A stretch of DNA of 64,000 bases, taken from the NCBI GenBank assembly GCA_018065265.1, contig JAGHTP010000008.1:466-64465 (forward strand), written 5' to 3'. Below are positions 45,798-55,548 of the stretch, piece after piece. The notes beneath the pieces were generated by a model that had not been told where the DNA came from, did not search any database, and was given only the letters and a program-made list of their open reading frames with translations. Positions within the stretch are counted from its first letter, which is position 1, and each line of letters begins with the position of its first letter. Both the position numbers and the translations under genes were made by a program. Source of the DNA: Candidatus Cryptobacteroides aphodequi. GTDB lineage: Bacteria; Bacteroidota; Bacteroidia; Bacteroidales; UBA932.

Positions 45798-48700
45798 TTT
45801 ATTCCGAGGGCTTTCAATCCATCTACGAGGTCGCTGCTTGCAGTGACCCCGTATTTTTTACAGTTGAAAGGAACGTAGCCGTACTTTGGATCGACCAGCG
45901 TAATGGTAAGAGGGGTCTTGCCCTTGCTGCGCGAAAGCAGTTTGACGAACTTGCTGCGCCATTCGGGAGAAAGCAACTCGGTGGGAACCTTTATGTCGAA
46001 TCCTTTCAGATAGTATTCCGACGCGTTGCTGAGCATAAACACCCTGCCAAGGCATACGGAGAACTCTTCGCGTGCACCATCCTCACGCTCCCTGCGGAAG
46101 AAACGGGGACGGATCTCGGCCTCGAAAAGCATCTCGTGATGTTCGAGCAGAAGCGGTTTGTAGGTGTCGATATCCTTGCCGAAAAGAACTATCTCGTATG
46201 TGCCGTCGTAATCCTCCACCGTAACCGAAAGCTTGTCCTTGCCGCTGCGGGTCTTCGAATTCACCACCGAGGTGATAATGCCGCCGAAACGTATCTGGGA
46301 CTTCTTCTGCTCTTCGTTTGCCGCCGCCACGGCCATCGGCAGGTCGGCGAGCGATATGGTCGTGTAATTGGCCATTTCGAAGCTGTAACGGTCGAGAGGG
46401 TGTGTGGAGAGGAACATTCCCACGAGCTCTTTCTCCTTCTGGAGCTGCTCGAGAATGTCGGCCTGCACAATCATCTGCGGGAGTTCGGGCCTTACGGGCT
46501 TCATCTCCTCCACGTCGCCGAACAGCGATGCGCCTGCGTCGATGTTGTCGCTCTTCAGAAGGTCGCTGTAGTGCATCAGTTCGTCGAGGAACAGATTGCC
46601 GCTCTGGCAGGGCGAGAAGAAGACGTTGCGCTGAAGGCCGAACGAGTCGAATGCGCCCGCGTTGACGAGCGATTCCATTGACTTGCGGCTGATGGATGTG
46701 CGGCTGTCGGCTTTTGCCACCTCTGCCATCCTTTCCACGAAGTCGAACACGTCCTTGAAGGCTCCGCCGCGCTCGCGCTCAGAGACAATCGCGTCAACTA
46801 TGTTGCTGCCGAAGCCCTTCATTCCTCCGAGTCCGAAGCGGATGTTGCCCGCGCGGTTGACGGCGAACGCCGCTTCCGATTCGTTGATATCGGGGTTGAG
46901 GACCTTTATCTTGTGCGACTTGCAGTCGGCCATAATCTTCTTGATCTCGTCCATATTGTCGAGATTGCAGGAAAGGTTGGCCGCCATGAATTCGGGCGTA
47001 TAGTGGCACTTGAGCCAGCCGGTCTGGTAGCTTACCCAGGCGTAGCAGGTCGCGTGGGACTTGTTGAAGGCGTACTGGGCGAACTTCTCCCAGTCCTTCC
47101 ATATCTTGTCGAGGGTCTTCTCGGGATGGCCGTTGGCCGTGCCGCCTGCCATGAACTTGTCCTTGAGCGACTCCAGAATGGCTATCTGCTTCTTACCCAT
47201 AGCCTTGCGGAGCTTGTCCGCCTCACCCTTCGTGAAGCCGGCAAGTTTCTGGCTCAGAAGCATCACCTGCTCCTGGTAAACCGTCACGCCATAGGTGTCG
47301 GCGAGGAACTCCTCCATCTCCTGCAGGTCGTATTCGATGGGTTTGATGCCCAGTTTGCGGTCGATGAAGTCGGGGATATAGTCCATAGGACCCGGACGAT
47401 AGAGGGCGTTCATCGCGATGAGGTCTTCGAAGCGCTCGGGATGAAGCTTCTGGAGGTTCTTCTTCATACCCTCCGATTCAAACTGGAACACCGAATTGGT
47501 GTCTCCGCGTCCGTAGAGCTCGTAAGTGGGCTTGTCGTCGATAGGGATGGCCTCTATATCTATGTCCTTGCCGTGATTGTGCTTTATGAGGTCGAGGGTC
47601 TTGTGTATGATGGAAAGGGTGTTGAGGCCCAGGAAGTCCATCTTGAGCATACCCACGTCCTCTATGTAATGGCCGTCGTACTGGCTTGTCCAGGTGTTCA
47701 GGCCGGTTTCCTTGTCGACAGAGAGGCAGATGGGGATGTATTCGGTCAGATTTCCCCTGCCGATGATGGTAGCGCAGGCGTGCTGGCCGACCTGGCGCAC
47801 GGTGCCCTCCATACGCTGTGCGTAGCCGAGCACTTCGCGGTTGAGTTCAGGGCCTTCGGCGAGTTCCTGCTTGAACTCAGGAACCAGACGGAAGCAGTTC
47901 GCCAGAGTGATGGGGATATCGGTATCCTCCATACCCACCTGATAGGTCTTCTGAACACCGTCAACCTCTTCCGTAACCACCTTGAACCCGCTCTTGAGTT
48001 CGTCGAGCTTGGGGTTGAAAAGGTATTTCTTCTCCTTTTTCTCGCTCAGATGGTCGGGCACCATCTTCGAGAGCCTGGCGCTTTCCTCGATGGAGAGCTG
48101 GCTGACGCGGGCGATATCCTTGATCGCGCCCTTCGCGAGCATAGTGCCGAAGGTGATCACGCGCGAAACGTGGTCGGCTCCGTAGGTGTCTTCGACATAT
48201 TTGTGCGCTGCCGGCAGATTCTCGAAATCGACATCGATATCAGGCATACTGATACGGTCGGGATTGAGGAAACGCTCGAACAGCAGATTGTATCGAATAG
48301 GGTCGAGATTGGTGATCCAGAGGCAGTAGGCGACCACCGAACCGGCGGCGGAACCACGTCCCGGGCCGACCATATAGCCCATACGCCTCGACGCGTTGAT
48401 ATAGTCCTGGACAATGAGGAAGTAGTCCGGGAAGCCCATTCGGCAGATGGTCTTGAGCTCGAACTCGATGCGTTCGCTCTGAACGGCATTGAGCTGCGGC
48501 CCGTAGCGCTTGTGCGCACCTTCGTAGGTAAGATGGCAGAGATAGGCAACGCTCCGGCAGAAGTCTTCGCCACGGTCAACGCCGTCCTTGTCCACGCGGC
48601 CCTCGTCAATGATGTGCGAGTATTCGGCAAGATAGCCGTCGATATGCTCAAGGAAAGCCGGGTCGATGTTGAACTTCGGCAGCACCGGTGAACGGTCTAT

Positions 48701-49597
48701 CTTGAACGCCTCTATCTTCGAAGCGACCTCAAGGGTGTTCTCGATGACTTCGGGGTGTCCGGGGAACAGCGCGGCCATCTCCTCCTCGCTCTTTATGTAC
48801 TCCTGCTGGGTGTAGCGCAGACGGTTCGGGTCGTTGACGTCGGCGTTAGTGGTAAGGCAGAGAAGGCGGTCGTGTACGGGGCCGTCCTCCTTGCGTATGA
48901 AGTGGGCGTCGTTCGTGGCCACTACCTTGATGCCGAGTTCCTGTGCAAGGCGGAAGATTTCCGCGTTTGCAACGACCTGACGGCGGTAGACGCCCATAAG
49001 GTCATCGTAGCTTTCGGCAGGAAGGTCCGTGAGTTCCGTCTTGTGGAGCATCACCTCCAGATAGTAATCCTCTCCGAACAGGTTCTTGTGCCACAGGGCC
49101 GCCTCTCGCGCCGCGTCAAGGTCGCCGGCTGTGATGTCGGTGGCTATCTCGCCGGCCAGACAGGCCGAGCAGCAGATAAGTCCTTCGTGGTACTTTTCCA
49201 GCACCTCGTGCGAGATACGGGGCTTGTAATAATAGCCCTCAACCGCGGCGATCGAAGCAATCTTCATCAGGTTGCGGTAACCGTCGTAGTTCTTCGCGAG
49301 GAGGATGAGGTGATAGTATTTCTTGTGCGAAGGGTCCTGCAGCTTATGGTCGTAATGACGTGTGACATACACCTCGCAGCCGAGGATAGGCTTTACGATG
49401 GGCTTTCCGTCGGCGTCCAGATTCTTCTTGTCGTAGCCGTGCTTGAGGAACTCCTTGATGCCGTACATAAAGCCGTGGTCTGTGATGGCCAGGGCCGGCA
49501 TTCCGAGCTCGCGTGCACGGGCGAAGAGATCCTTGATGCTGCTCAGGCCGTCAAGAATCGAATACTGAGTGTGGACGTGTAGGTGTACGAAAGCCAT
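45770..49597 (-). CDS. dnaE: DNA polymerase III alpha subunit
   Basis: PHP motif HLHVHTQYSILDG, GPGRGSAAGS, FERFLNPDRISMPDIDVDF and YAFNKSHA. Confidence 0.98.
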   Translation of the reverse strand: MAFVHLHVHTQYSILDGLSSIKDLFARARELGMPALAITDHGFMYGIKEFLKHGYDKKNLDADGKPIVKPILGCEVYVTRHYDHKLQDPSHKKYYHLILLAKNYDGYRNLMKIASIAAVEGYYYKPRISHEVLEKYHEGLICCSACLAGEIATDITAGDLDAAREAALWHKNLFGEDYYLEVMLHKTELTDLPAESYDDLMGVYRRQVVANAEIFRLAQELGIKVVATNDAHFIRKEDGPVHDRLLCLTTNADVNDPNRLRYTQQEYIKSEEEMAALFPGHPEVIENTLEVASKIEAFKIDRSPVLPKFNIDPAFLEHIDGYLAEYSHIIDEGRVDKDGVDRGEDFCRSVAYLCHLTYEGAHKRYGPQLNAVQSERIEFELKTICRMGFPDYFLIVQDYINASRRMGYMVGPGRGSAAGSVVAYCLWITNLDPIRYNLLFERFLNPDRISMPDIDVDFENLPAAHKYVEDTYGADHVSRVITFGTMLAKGAIKDIARVSQLSIEESARLSKMVPDHLSEKKEKKYLFNPKLDELKSGFKVVTEEVDGVQKTYQVGMEDTDIPITLANCFRLVPEFKQELAEGPELNREVLGYAQRMEGTVRQVGQHACATIIGRGNLTEYIPICLSVDKETGLNTWTSQYDGHYIEDVGMLKMDFLGLNTLSIIHKTLDLIKHNHGKDIDIEAIPIDDKPTYELYGRGDTNSVFQFESEGMKKNLQKLHPERFEDLIAMNALYRPGPMDYIPDFIDRKLGIKPIEYDLQEMEEFLADTYGVTVYQEQVMLLSQKLAGFTKGEADKLRKAMGKKQIAILESLKDKFMAGGTANGHPEKTLDKIWKDWEKFAQYAFNKSHATCYAWVSYQTGWLKCHYTPEFMAANLSCNLDNMDEIKKIMADCKSHKIKVLNPDINESEAAFAVNRAGNIRFGLGGMKGFGSNIVDAIVSERERGGAFKDVFDFVERMAEVAKADSRTSISRKSMESLVNAGAFDSFGLQRNVFFSPCQSGNLFLDELMHYSDLLKSDNIDAGASLFGDVEEMKPVRPELPQMIVQADILEQLQKEKELVGMFLSTHPLDRYSFEMANYTTISLADLPMAVAAANEEQKKSQIRFGGIITSVVNSKTRSGKDKLSVTVEDYDGTYEIVLFGKDIDTYKPLLLEHHEMLFEAEIRPRFFRREREDGAREEFSVCLGRVFMLSNASEYYLKGFDIKVPTELLSPEWRSKFVKLLSRSKGKTPLTITLVDPKYGYVPFNCKKYGVTASSDLVDGLKALGINYSVSASFK

Positions 49598-49610
49598 TGC
49601 CGGGGGTGTT

Positions 49611-50651
49611 TTATACCTCTACGGCAGTGCTGAATTCGCGCAGGAAGCGGAGGTCGTTCTCGAAATAGTGCCTCAGGTCATTTACCTGCCACTTGAGCAT
49701 AGCGATACGCTCGATACCCATTCCGAATGCGAATCCGCTGTATTTCTTCGAGTCTATGCCGCTTGCCTCGAGTACGTTGGGGTCAACCATTCCGCAGCCC
49801 AGAATCTCGAGCCAGCCGGTACCCTTGCAGATGTTGCAGCCCTTGCCCTTGCAGATGTTGCAGCTTACGTCAACCTCTGCCGAAGGCTCGGTGAAGGGGA
49901 AATATGACGGGCGCATACGTATCTGGCTGTCGGCACCGAACATCTCGCGTGCGAAGAGAAGGATGGCCTGCTTGAGGTCGGCGAAGGTCACGCCCTCGTC
50001 GATGTATAGGCCTTCCACCTGGTGGAAGATGCAGTGCGCACGGGCGCTGATGGCCTCGTTGCGGAACACTCTGCCAGGGCAGATTACGCGGATGGGCGGA
50101 GTCATCTTCTCCATTGTGCGAACCTGCACGCTCGAAGTGTGGGTGCGCAGAAGCAGCGGGTTGGGATGGCCGGCCGATACGAAGAATGTGTCCTGCATAT
50201 CGCGTGCGGGGTGGTTGGGAGGGAAATTCAGAGCCTCGAATACGTGATAGTCGTCCTCGAGTTCCGGGCCCTCGGCCACGTCGTATCCGAATTTACGGAA
50301 GATATCCACAATCTCCTGGCGTACGATGCTCACCGGATGCCTTGAACCGAGTTCCATACGGTCACCGGGCATTGTGAGGTCCTCGCTCTGAGCCACGCTT
50401 GCGGCTGCTATGTCGAGGGTGTTTGACTTGAGCTCCTCTATCTTGGCGATTGCGGCCTGCTTGAGGTCGTTGAGGACACGGCCGAATTCGCGCTTGCCGT
50501 CCTTGTCGAGGGTGCGGAACTCGTCGAAGAGAGCGGTTATCTCACCTTTCTTGCCTAAGAAACGCACGCGTGCGTCTTCGATGTCCTTTGCTGTCTTGCA
50601 CTGAAGGTCGCGGATGGCCGCAACCAGTTTTTCGATATCTTCCTGTTTCAT
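49611..50651 (-). CDS. pheS: Phenylalanine--tRNA ligase alpha subunit
   Basis: Motifs HPARDMQDTF, LRTHTS, FHQVEGL, PSYFPFTEPS and GFAFGMGIER. Confidence 0.98.
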   Translation of the reverse strand: MKQEDIEKLVAAIRDLQCKTAKDIEDARVRFLGKKGEITALFDEFRTLDKDGKREFGRVLNDLKQAAIAKIEELKSNTLDIAAASVAQSEDLTMPGDRMELGSRHPVSIVRQEIVDIFRKFGYDVAEGPELEDDYHVFEALNFPPNHPARDMQDTFFVSAGHPNPLLLRTHTSSVQVRTMEKMTPPIRVICPGRVFRNEAISARAHCIFHQVEGLYIDEGVTFADLKQAILLFAREMFGADSQIRMRPSYFPFTEPSAEVDVSCNICKGKGCNICKGTGWLEILGCGMVDPNVLEASGIDSKKYSGFAFGMGIERIAMLKWQVNDLRHYFENDLRFLREFSTAVEV

Positions 50652-50654
50652 AAT

Positions 50655-51056
50655 CTATTTCTTGGCGGCGCGCTTGTCGCGTGCCATCTTGTCTCGTGCG
50701 GCCCCTGTCTTGAGATATTTCTCCCACTGCTCGTCGTTGAGCACCTTATGGAACGCTTCGTAGGTACACTCCTCCCACTTGTCCTGGGTCTGGATGAAGA
50801 TGTCGGAGTTTGACACCTTGGCGCGGCTCAGCTGCGTAAGTTCGCGGTTGAGCTCGCCATAGTTGTGAGTGAGGATGGAATCCACATAGAACACCTGCCA
50901 GTACTCCAGGTCGAGCGTGGTTTCGTAACGGTCCACCTCGCCCTGGACCCAGTTGTAGAGTTTCTTCTCCTGTTCGTCGGGGGTCTGCGCCACCATCGGA
51001 GCGGCCAGCAGCGCGGCTGCCAGAAGGCCGAGGCAATATATAGTTATGCGTTTCAT
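50655..51056 (-). CDS. Exported hypothetical protein
   Basis: Signal peptide followed by a helical domain. Promoter box TAAATTTG lies 9 bp upstream of the ATG. Confidence 0.8.
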   Translation of the reverse strand: MKRITIYCLGLLAAALLAAPMVAQTPDEQEKKLYNWVQGEVDRYETTLDLEYWQVFYVDSILTHNYGELNRELTQLSRAKVSNSDIFIQTQDKWEECTYEAFHKVLNDEQWEKYLKTGAARDKMARDKRAAKK

Positions 51057-51105
51057 CGGGGAACGCAAATTTAATAAAGAAAACGCGAAATGAGAAAGGC
51101 GTTTT

Positions 51106-53712
51106 TCAGTTGCAGCGGTAGATTCTTATCGCGTTCAGCGCCGTTTCGCCACGTACGGCCTTGAAATCGACCGTGAGGCCTTCTCCGCCGCGGACACCAA
51201 CCGTGAACTTGCGCGCATCGGCATACTGCAGCCCGACTTCGCGTGCCGGGTCGTAGCCGTCAAGAACCTTCGTGCCGTTTATCGAGACATCGAAGACACG
51301 CTCTCCGGCCTTTTCGTCAAGTATATCGTTGCCGAGGTTGTAGGCAAGTGTGATATTGCTCCCGCTGCGGGGCGAAAGTTCCGCGAAATACAGGTAGACA
51401 TAGTAGGTTCCGTCGGGAACGTCTGCGCGGAAGCTTTCTATTCCGGTACGCTGGGTCTGGTAGACGGGGTCGTTGATTGTTCCGAAGATGTCGAGGTTCG
51501 AAGCCGGGAGCTTTCCATTGCCCGTCTTCGGACGGAGAGGTTCGCCGCCGACGTATCCCCAGCTGCCGGGACGATATTCCTGCTCAGGAATCCACATTGT
51601 CCCTTCTATGGCGTCGTAGAACCTGCGGCTCGTTCCGAGCATCACGTTCATTGAAGAGAATCTGTTCATATTGGCAGGCACGGCGCGGTACTCCAGCTCC
51701 AGATGGTCTTTGAGGCGGCCGGAGCGGGCTGTAAGGATGTTCTTTCCGTCACGCAGGGCAAGTTTGAATTCTGCCATTCCGGTATCGGTCTTCATACGGC
51801 CGACGCGCTTGCCGTTCAGACGGAGGGTAACGCTCTTCCTGTTAGAGAACACATAGACGGTCTGAATATCGCCTTCTGCTCCTCCCCGCACTTTTTCGTT
51901 GCGGCCGCCAATCTCGAGGAAGGGTTCCTCGCGCAGGTTGGCGCAATAAAGGGTGTAGACGTCCTTTTTCGAGCGGTCAAGGCCGACAAGACCCTTGTTG
52001 TTCACGTGTGGAACGGCGTCGATTCTCGGCTCGGCGTAGAAGTCGTTGAGGTTCCATACGTTCGAACCGGCAATGTAGTCACGGTCCTTGATGACACCGA
52101 TGTAGTGCTTGTGGAACTGCAGGGCATATTCGCAGGAGAAATCGAAGCGTACCGGAGCCTCGCTGTGGATGCGCGGGTCGGCACCGGCGCCGTATTCTGT
52201 AACGATCAGCGGCTTGTCGGGAAGAGCAGTGTGGATATGGTCCATCGCCTCGTCGAACTTCTCCCAGCCGCCGCCATACCATCCCTGGTAATAGTTCCAT
52301 CCCATAATATCGGGAACGGCGGCAAGGCCGGAACCGATGTAGAGGTCGGGATTGCCGTGCGCCGGAATCATAGTGTAGCGTGAAGGGTCGGCCTCCTTGA
52401 TGGCATCGTCAATCTTCTTTGCAAGAGCGATCACTTTGTCGAAGTGCCCCTGGCGCAGTTCGGGCTGCGACTTCGGGAAGGGGATGCGCATCAGCACCTC
52501 GTTCATATAGGCCCAGATGATTACCGAAGGGTTGTTGTAGTTCTGGTAAACCATCTCAAGAGCGTTGTTCACGCAGTTGAAAGTAAACGCATCGGAATCA
52601 GTAATCTCATTCACAATGGGAATCTCCACACTCGAGGCGATTCCGAAACGGTCGCAGAGCTGCGAGACAATCGGGTCTTGCGGATAGTGGGATATACGCA
52701 GGAAGTTGGCACCGGTTTCCTTAAGAAGGAGCATGTCGCGCTCGTGCATATTGTCTGCAAGCGCGTTGCCGCGGTCTTCAAAGTCCTGATGACGGTTTGT
52801 ACCCATCAGTTTGTGGTGCTTTCCGTTGAGGAAGAATCCCTGGTCAGGATCGAAAGAGAAGCTTCTGAAGCCTATTGCGTTTGTAGTGCGGTCGCAAATG
52901 ACGCCGTCAATCGAGAGCTCCGTTTCCACGAGATATGTAACAGGTGATGCAAAATCCCAGACCCACACGCCTCCGACGGGAATGTCAAACTTCAGGGGTT
53001 GATTCGCGCATTTCGGGGCAAGGGTGACGCTTCTTCTGCCGCTTCCGGCAACACTTCCGTCCGGAGCGATGACCCTGTGGGTGAGTTCAACCTTGCAGTC
53101 GGACTTACTGTCGTTCGAAAGGAAGGTTCTGGCTCCGACCTTGTTCCCCTCTTCTGAAAGGGTCGGGAGAAGATACACTCCGCCGGCGCCGTAGTGCGTG
53201 GTGGAGATATGAACCTTGTCAGTAAAGATGAGTTCCACGTCGCGGTAGATGCCTCCGTAGAAGGTGAAGTCCGCGCTGAGCGGTGCGATGTCCGGATTGT
53301 GTGAATTGTCCACTACGAAGCGGAAGCTGTTCGCACCTTCACGTAAAAGTGCGGTGATATCGAAAGCGAATGCCGAATATCCTCCTTCGTGGTGGCCGGC
53401 GGCCTTTCCGTTGATGAAGACGTCGGTCACCTGGTTCGCTCCTTCGAAGCGGAGGGTCACCGTCTTGCCGCTGAGCTCCTCTGCGCTCAGACTGATTGTC
53501 CGCTCGTAACTGCACGCTCCGCGCCAGAACCCTGGCTCATCGTCCCAGGTGTCGTGAGCGTTCCAGGAATGCGGAAAATCGACCACCTCGGTCTGTCCGT
53601 TTCCGCTCCATACCCAGGCTGAATTGATGGTACGTATGACGCGGTCATTGTCTGCAAAAATAGCGGGTGCCGCCAGCAGGAGGGCAGCGGTAGCGGAAAG
53701 GAGATGTCTCAT
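51106..53712 (-). CDS. Glycoside hydrolase family 2 with C-terminal malectin domain
   Basis: Motifs LRFEGA, YGGIYRDV, G.NRHQD, RISHYP, W.YMNE and TEYG. Malectin-like DPVYQTQR...LYFAE...RVFDV. Confidence 0.95.
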   Translation of the reverse strand: MRHLLSATAALLLAAPAIFADNDRVIRTINSAWVWSGNGQTEVVDFPHSWNAHDTWDDEPGFWRGACSYERTISLSAEELSGKTVTLRFEGANQVTDVFINGKAAGHHEGGYSAFAFDITALLREGANSFRFVVDNSHNPDIAPLSADFTFYGGIYRDVELIFTDKVHISTTHYGAGGVYLLPTLSEEGNKVGARTFLSNDSKSDCKVELTHRVIAPDGSVAGSGRRSVTLAPKCANQPLKFDIPVGGVWVWDFASPVTYLVETELSIDGVICDRTTNAIGFRSFSFDPDQGFFLNGKHHKLMGTNRHQDFEDRGNALADNMHERDMLLLKETGANFLRISHYPQDPIVSQLCDRFGIASSVEIPIVNEITDSDAFTFNCVNNALEMVYQNYNNPSVIIWAYMNEVLMRIPFPKSQPELRQGHFDKVIALAKKIDDAIKEADPSRYTMIPAHGNPDLYIGSGLAAVPDIMGWNYYQGWYGGGWEKFDEAMDHIHTALPDKPLIVTEYGAGADPRIHSEAPVRFDFSCEYALQFHKHYIGVIKDRDYIAGSNVWNLNDFYAEPRIDAVPHVNNKGLVGLDRSKKDVYTLYCANLREEPFLEIGGRNEKVRGGAEGDIQTVYVFSNRKSVTLRLNGKRVGRMKTDTGMAEFKLALRDGKNILTARSGRLKDHLELEYRAVPANMNRFSSMNVMLGTSRRFYDAIEGTMWIPEQEYRPGSWGYVGGEPLRPKTGNGKLPASNLDIFGTINDPVYQTQRTGIESFRADVPDGTYYVYLYFAELSPRSGSNITLAYNLGNDILDEKAGERVFDVSINGTKVLDGYDPAREVGLQYADARKFTVGVRGGEGLTVDFKAVRGETALNAIRIYRCN

Positions 53713-53880
53713 AATAACAAAGATATCTATTTTGCCCGGTTTTAGCTAACTGATTCCACAAAAAATGAAGCGCAAAGAGAGTTTACTTAATAATAGCGAT
53801 GGCTTCTCGGTTCTATTGCAAGGATATGTTCAAATATTTAACCATATAAATCAACTTACTTCAATAACTTAATTCGAAAA

Positions 53881-53912
53881 TTTGTTTCACTCATTTCTTC
53901 TTTGTACATTTG
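53881..53912 (+). promoter_or_regulatory. Bacteroidetes housekeeping promoter of the AbiE pair
   Basis: TTTG (53881) - 20 bp - TACATTTG (53905-53912), with the ATG only 4 bp further on. Confidence 0.7.
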
Positions 53913-53916
53913 CGGC

Positions 53917-54546
53917 ATGAAGGTAGGAAAGAATATCGAAAATGAGTATGCTGCTGGGTGCGCAAGGGTCCGCGGCGGATGCGTCGCATATCATGGTGCA
54001 CTGCAGTATTATGCTCTGCAGACCCAGCAGTTCAACACAATCTATCTTCATTCCGACAAGCGCTTCCGTCCGTTTGTGATGGGCGGCGTCGCCTACGAAT
54101 ATCACCCGCTCAAGTTCACATACAACGTGGTTGTCAGCAAGGATCCTGACGGAAACCCAATAATCGTCACATCCCTGTCACAGACCGTCGTTGACTGCAT
54201 TCGCCATATCGATCTCGCCGGCGGGCTCGAGGAACTCCTCTATGCCCTGTCCTCCATCACAAACGGGCAACTGAAAGAAAAGGATCTTCGGGTTTGCCTG
54301 GAAGCTTATGACAATGCATCGCTATGGAGCCGTGCAGGGTATCTTCTTTCCCTTTTCCAGGCTACGAATGGTATCAGCGACAAGTTCCTGGACACTTGCC
54401 GCATCAAGGGTAGTGGCGTGAAGAACAAGATAACATGTGGAGAAATGCCTCTTGAGTTTATTTCGGGCTGGAATCTGTTTGTACCTAAAGAAATAAGAAG
54501 TATAATTGCAAAAGGAACGGACTATGGAAACGAAATCATATACTAA
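53917..54546 (+). CDS. Type IV TA antitoxin, AbiEi-like
   Basis: Motifs VAYHGALQYY.L..Q...IY, VTS.SQTVVDCI....LAGGLEEL and RAGYLL. Lies upstream of and overlaps an AbiEii gene. Confidence 0.85.
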   Translation: MKVGKNIENEYAAGCARVRGGCVAYHGALQYYALQTQQFNTIYLHSDKRFRPFVMGGVAYEYHPLKFTYNVVVSKDPDGNPIIVTSLSQTVVDCIRHIDLAGGLEELLYALSSITNGQLKEKDLRVCLEAYDNASLWSRAGYLLSLFQATNGISDKFLDTCRIKGSGVKNKITCGEMPLEFISGWNLFVPKEIRSIIAKGTDYGNEIIY

Positions 54547-55483
54547 AAAGGAACTGCGCAAGCTGATGGAAGCAACGGGGTATCCGATGGCCTCCATAGA
54601 GAAAACAATGCGCTTGCTTGATCTACTGGTCGCAATCAACGAGGATGCCTTTCTTGCCGAAAACCTCACGCTGAAGGGCGGCACGGCCATCAATATCATT
54701 CATTACGAAGAGATTCCTCGGCTCAGTGTGGATTTGGACTTCGACCTTGCGCGCAATACGACCAAAGAAGAAATGCTCGCCATAAAGGATGAAGTTTCTT
54801 CCAGAATTGGGAAGTTGGGCGCCTCCATGGGATATTTTTGCAGTGATCCCCGTCCCAATTATGCGATTCATCAGACCGAACTATTCTATACCAGCGCAAC
54901 GGGTAACCGTGATAAAATCAAACTTGATATCAACTGTCTGTCAAGGTGCCATCTATACGATACGGTAGTTCGAGAAGCCAGAAATCCATTCTCGCCAGAG
55001 GGGACTTTCAGCGTAAGAATGCTTTCAGAATACGAGCTCTTCGGAGCAAAGTTGAAGGCCTTGTTGGAGAGAAACACGCCGAGGGACATCTACGATGCGT
55101 ATATACTCGAACAAAAAGGTTTATATCGTGACGACGAATCGGTCTTGTTGATCCGTAAATGCCTTGCATACTATATCTCCTTGTCTCGCGGGATTGACAT
55201 CACGCAGTCCCTTGATGCAATAAGAAAACGACCGATTCAGGATTTCAAGAAGCAACTCTTCCCTATGCTGAAGACAGGATACGGCTTTGTTGACCGAGAA
55301 TTGATGACTTCCGAGGCCATCAATTGCGTCTCTCGGTTTTTGGGATTCACAGATAAGGAATTGGCATATCTGGAAGCGGCAAGAGCTGGAGTCTATCGCC
55401 CAGAGTTGCTCTTCGATGGCGATTTTGCATTAAGGATATCAGAGAACCCCGCCGCAACGTTCTATATAACAAACGGGGCATAA
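54524..55483 (+). CDS. Type IV TA toxin, AbiEii nucleotidyltransferase
   Basis: Motifs LKGGTAI...RLSVDLDF and K.KALLER..PRDIYD. Confidence 0.93.
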   Translation: METKSYTKKELRKLMEATGYPMASIEKTMRLLDLLVAINEDAFLAENLTLKGGTAINIIHYEEIPRLSVDLDFDLARNTTKEEMLAIKDEVSSRIGKLGASMGYFCSDPRPNYAIHQTELFYTSATGNRDKIKLDINCLSRCHLYDTVVREARNPFSPEGTFSVRMLSEYELFGAKLKALLERNTPRDIYDAYILEQKGLYRDDESVLLIRKCLAYYISLSRGIDITQSLDAIRKRPIQDFKKQLFPMLKTGYGFVDRELMTSEAINCVSRFLGFTDKELAYLEAARAGVYRPELLFDGDFALRISENPAATFYITNGA

Positions 55484-55548
55484 TTCGATATCCCGTAGAT
55501 GCGCGGCATTCCGAACCTGCCGCCATCAGTCTATAGCTGATGGGAAGT

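Noticed and set aside
49820-49870. Direct repeat CCCTTGCAGATGTTGCAGC in pheS
   Set aside because: It encodes the known CxxCxGxGCxxCK zinc-finger-like insert of PheS (CNICKGKGCNICKG) and is not a mobile repeat.
53765-53872. 35-codon ORF (MKRKESLLNN...) upstream of the AbiE antitoxin
   Set aside because: It shows no wHTH-like pattern and lies between divergent promoters in AT-rich DNA. I cannot support it as a gene or as the missing antitoxin domain.
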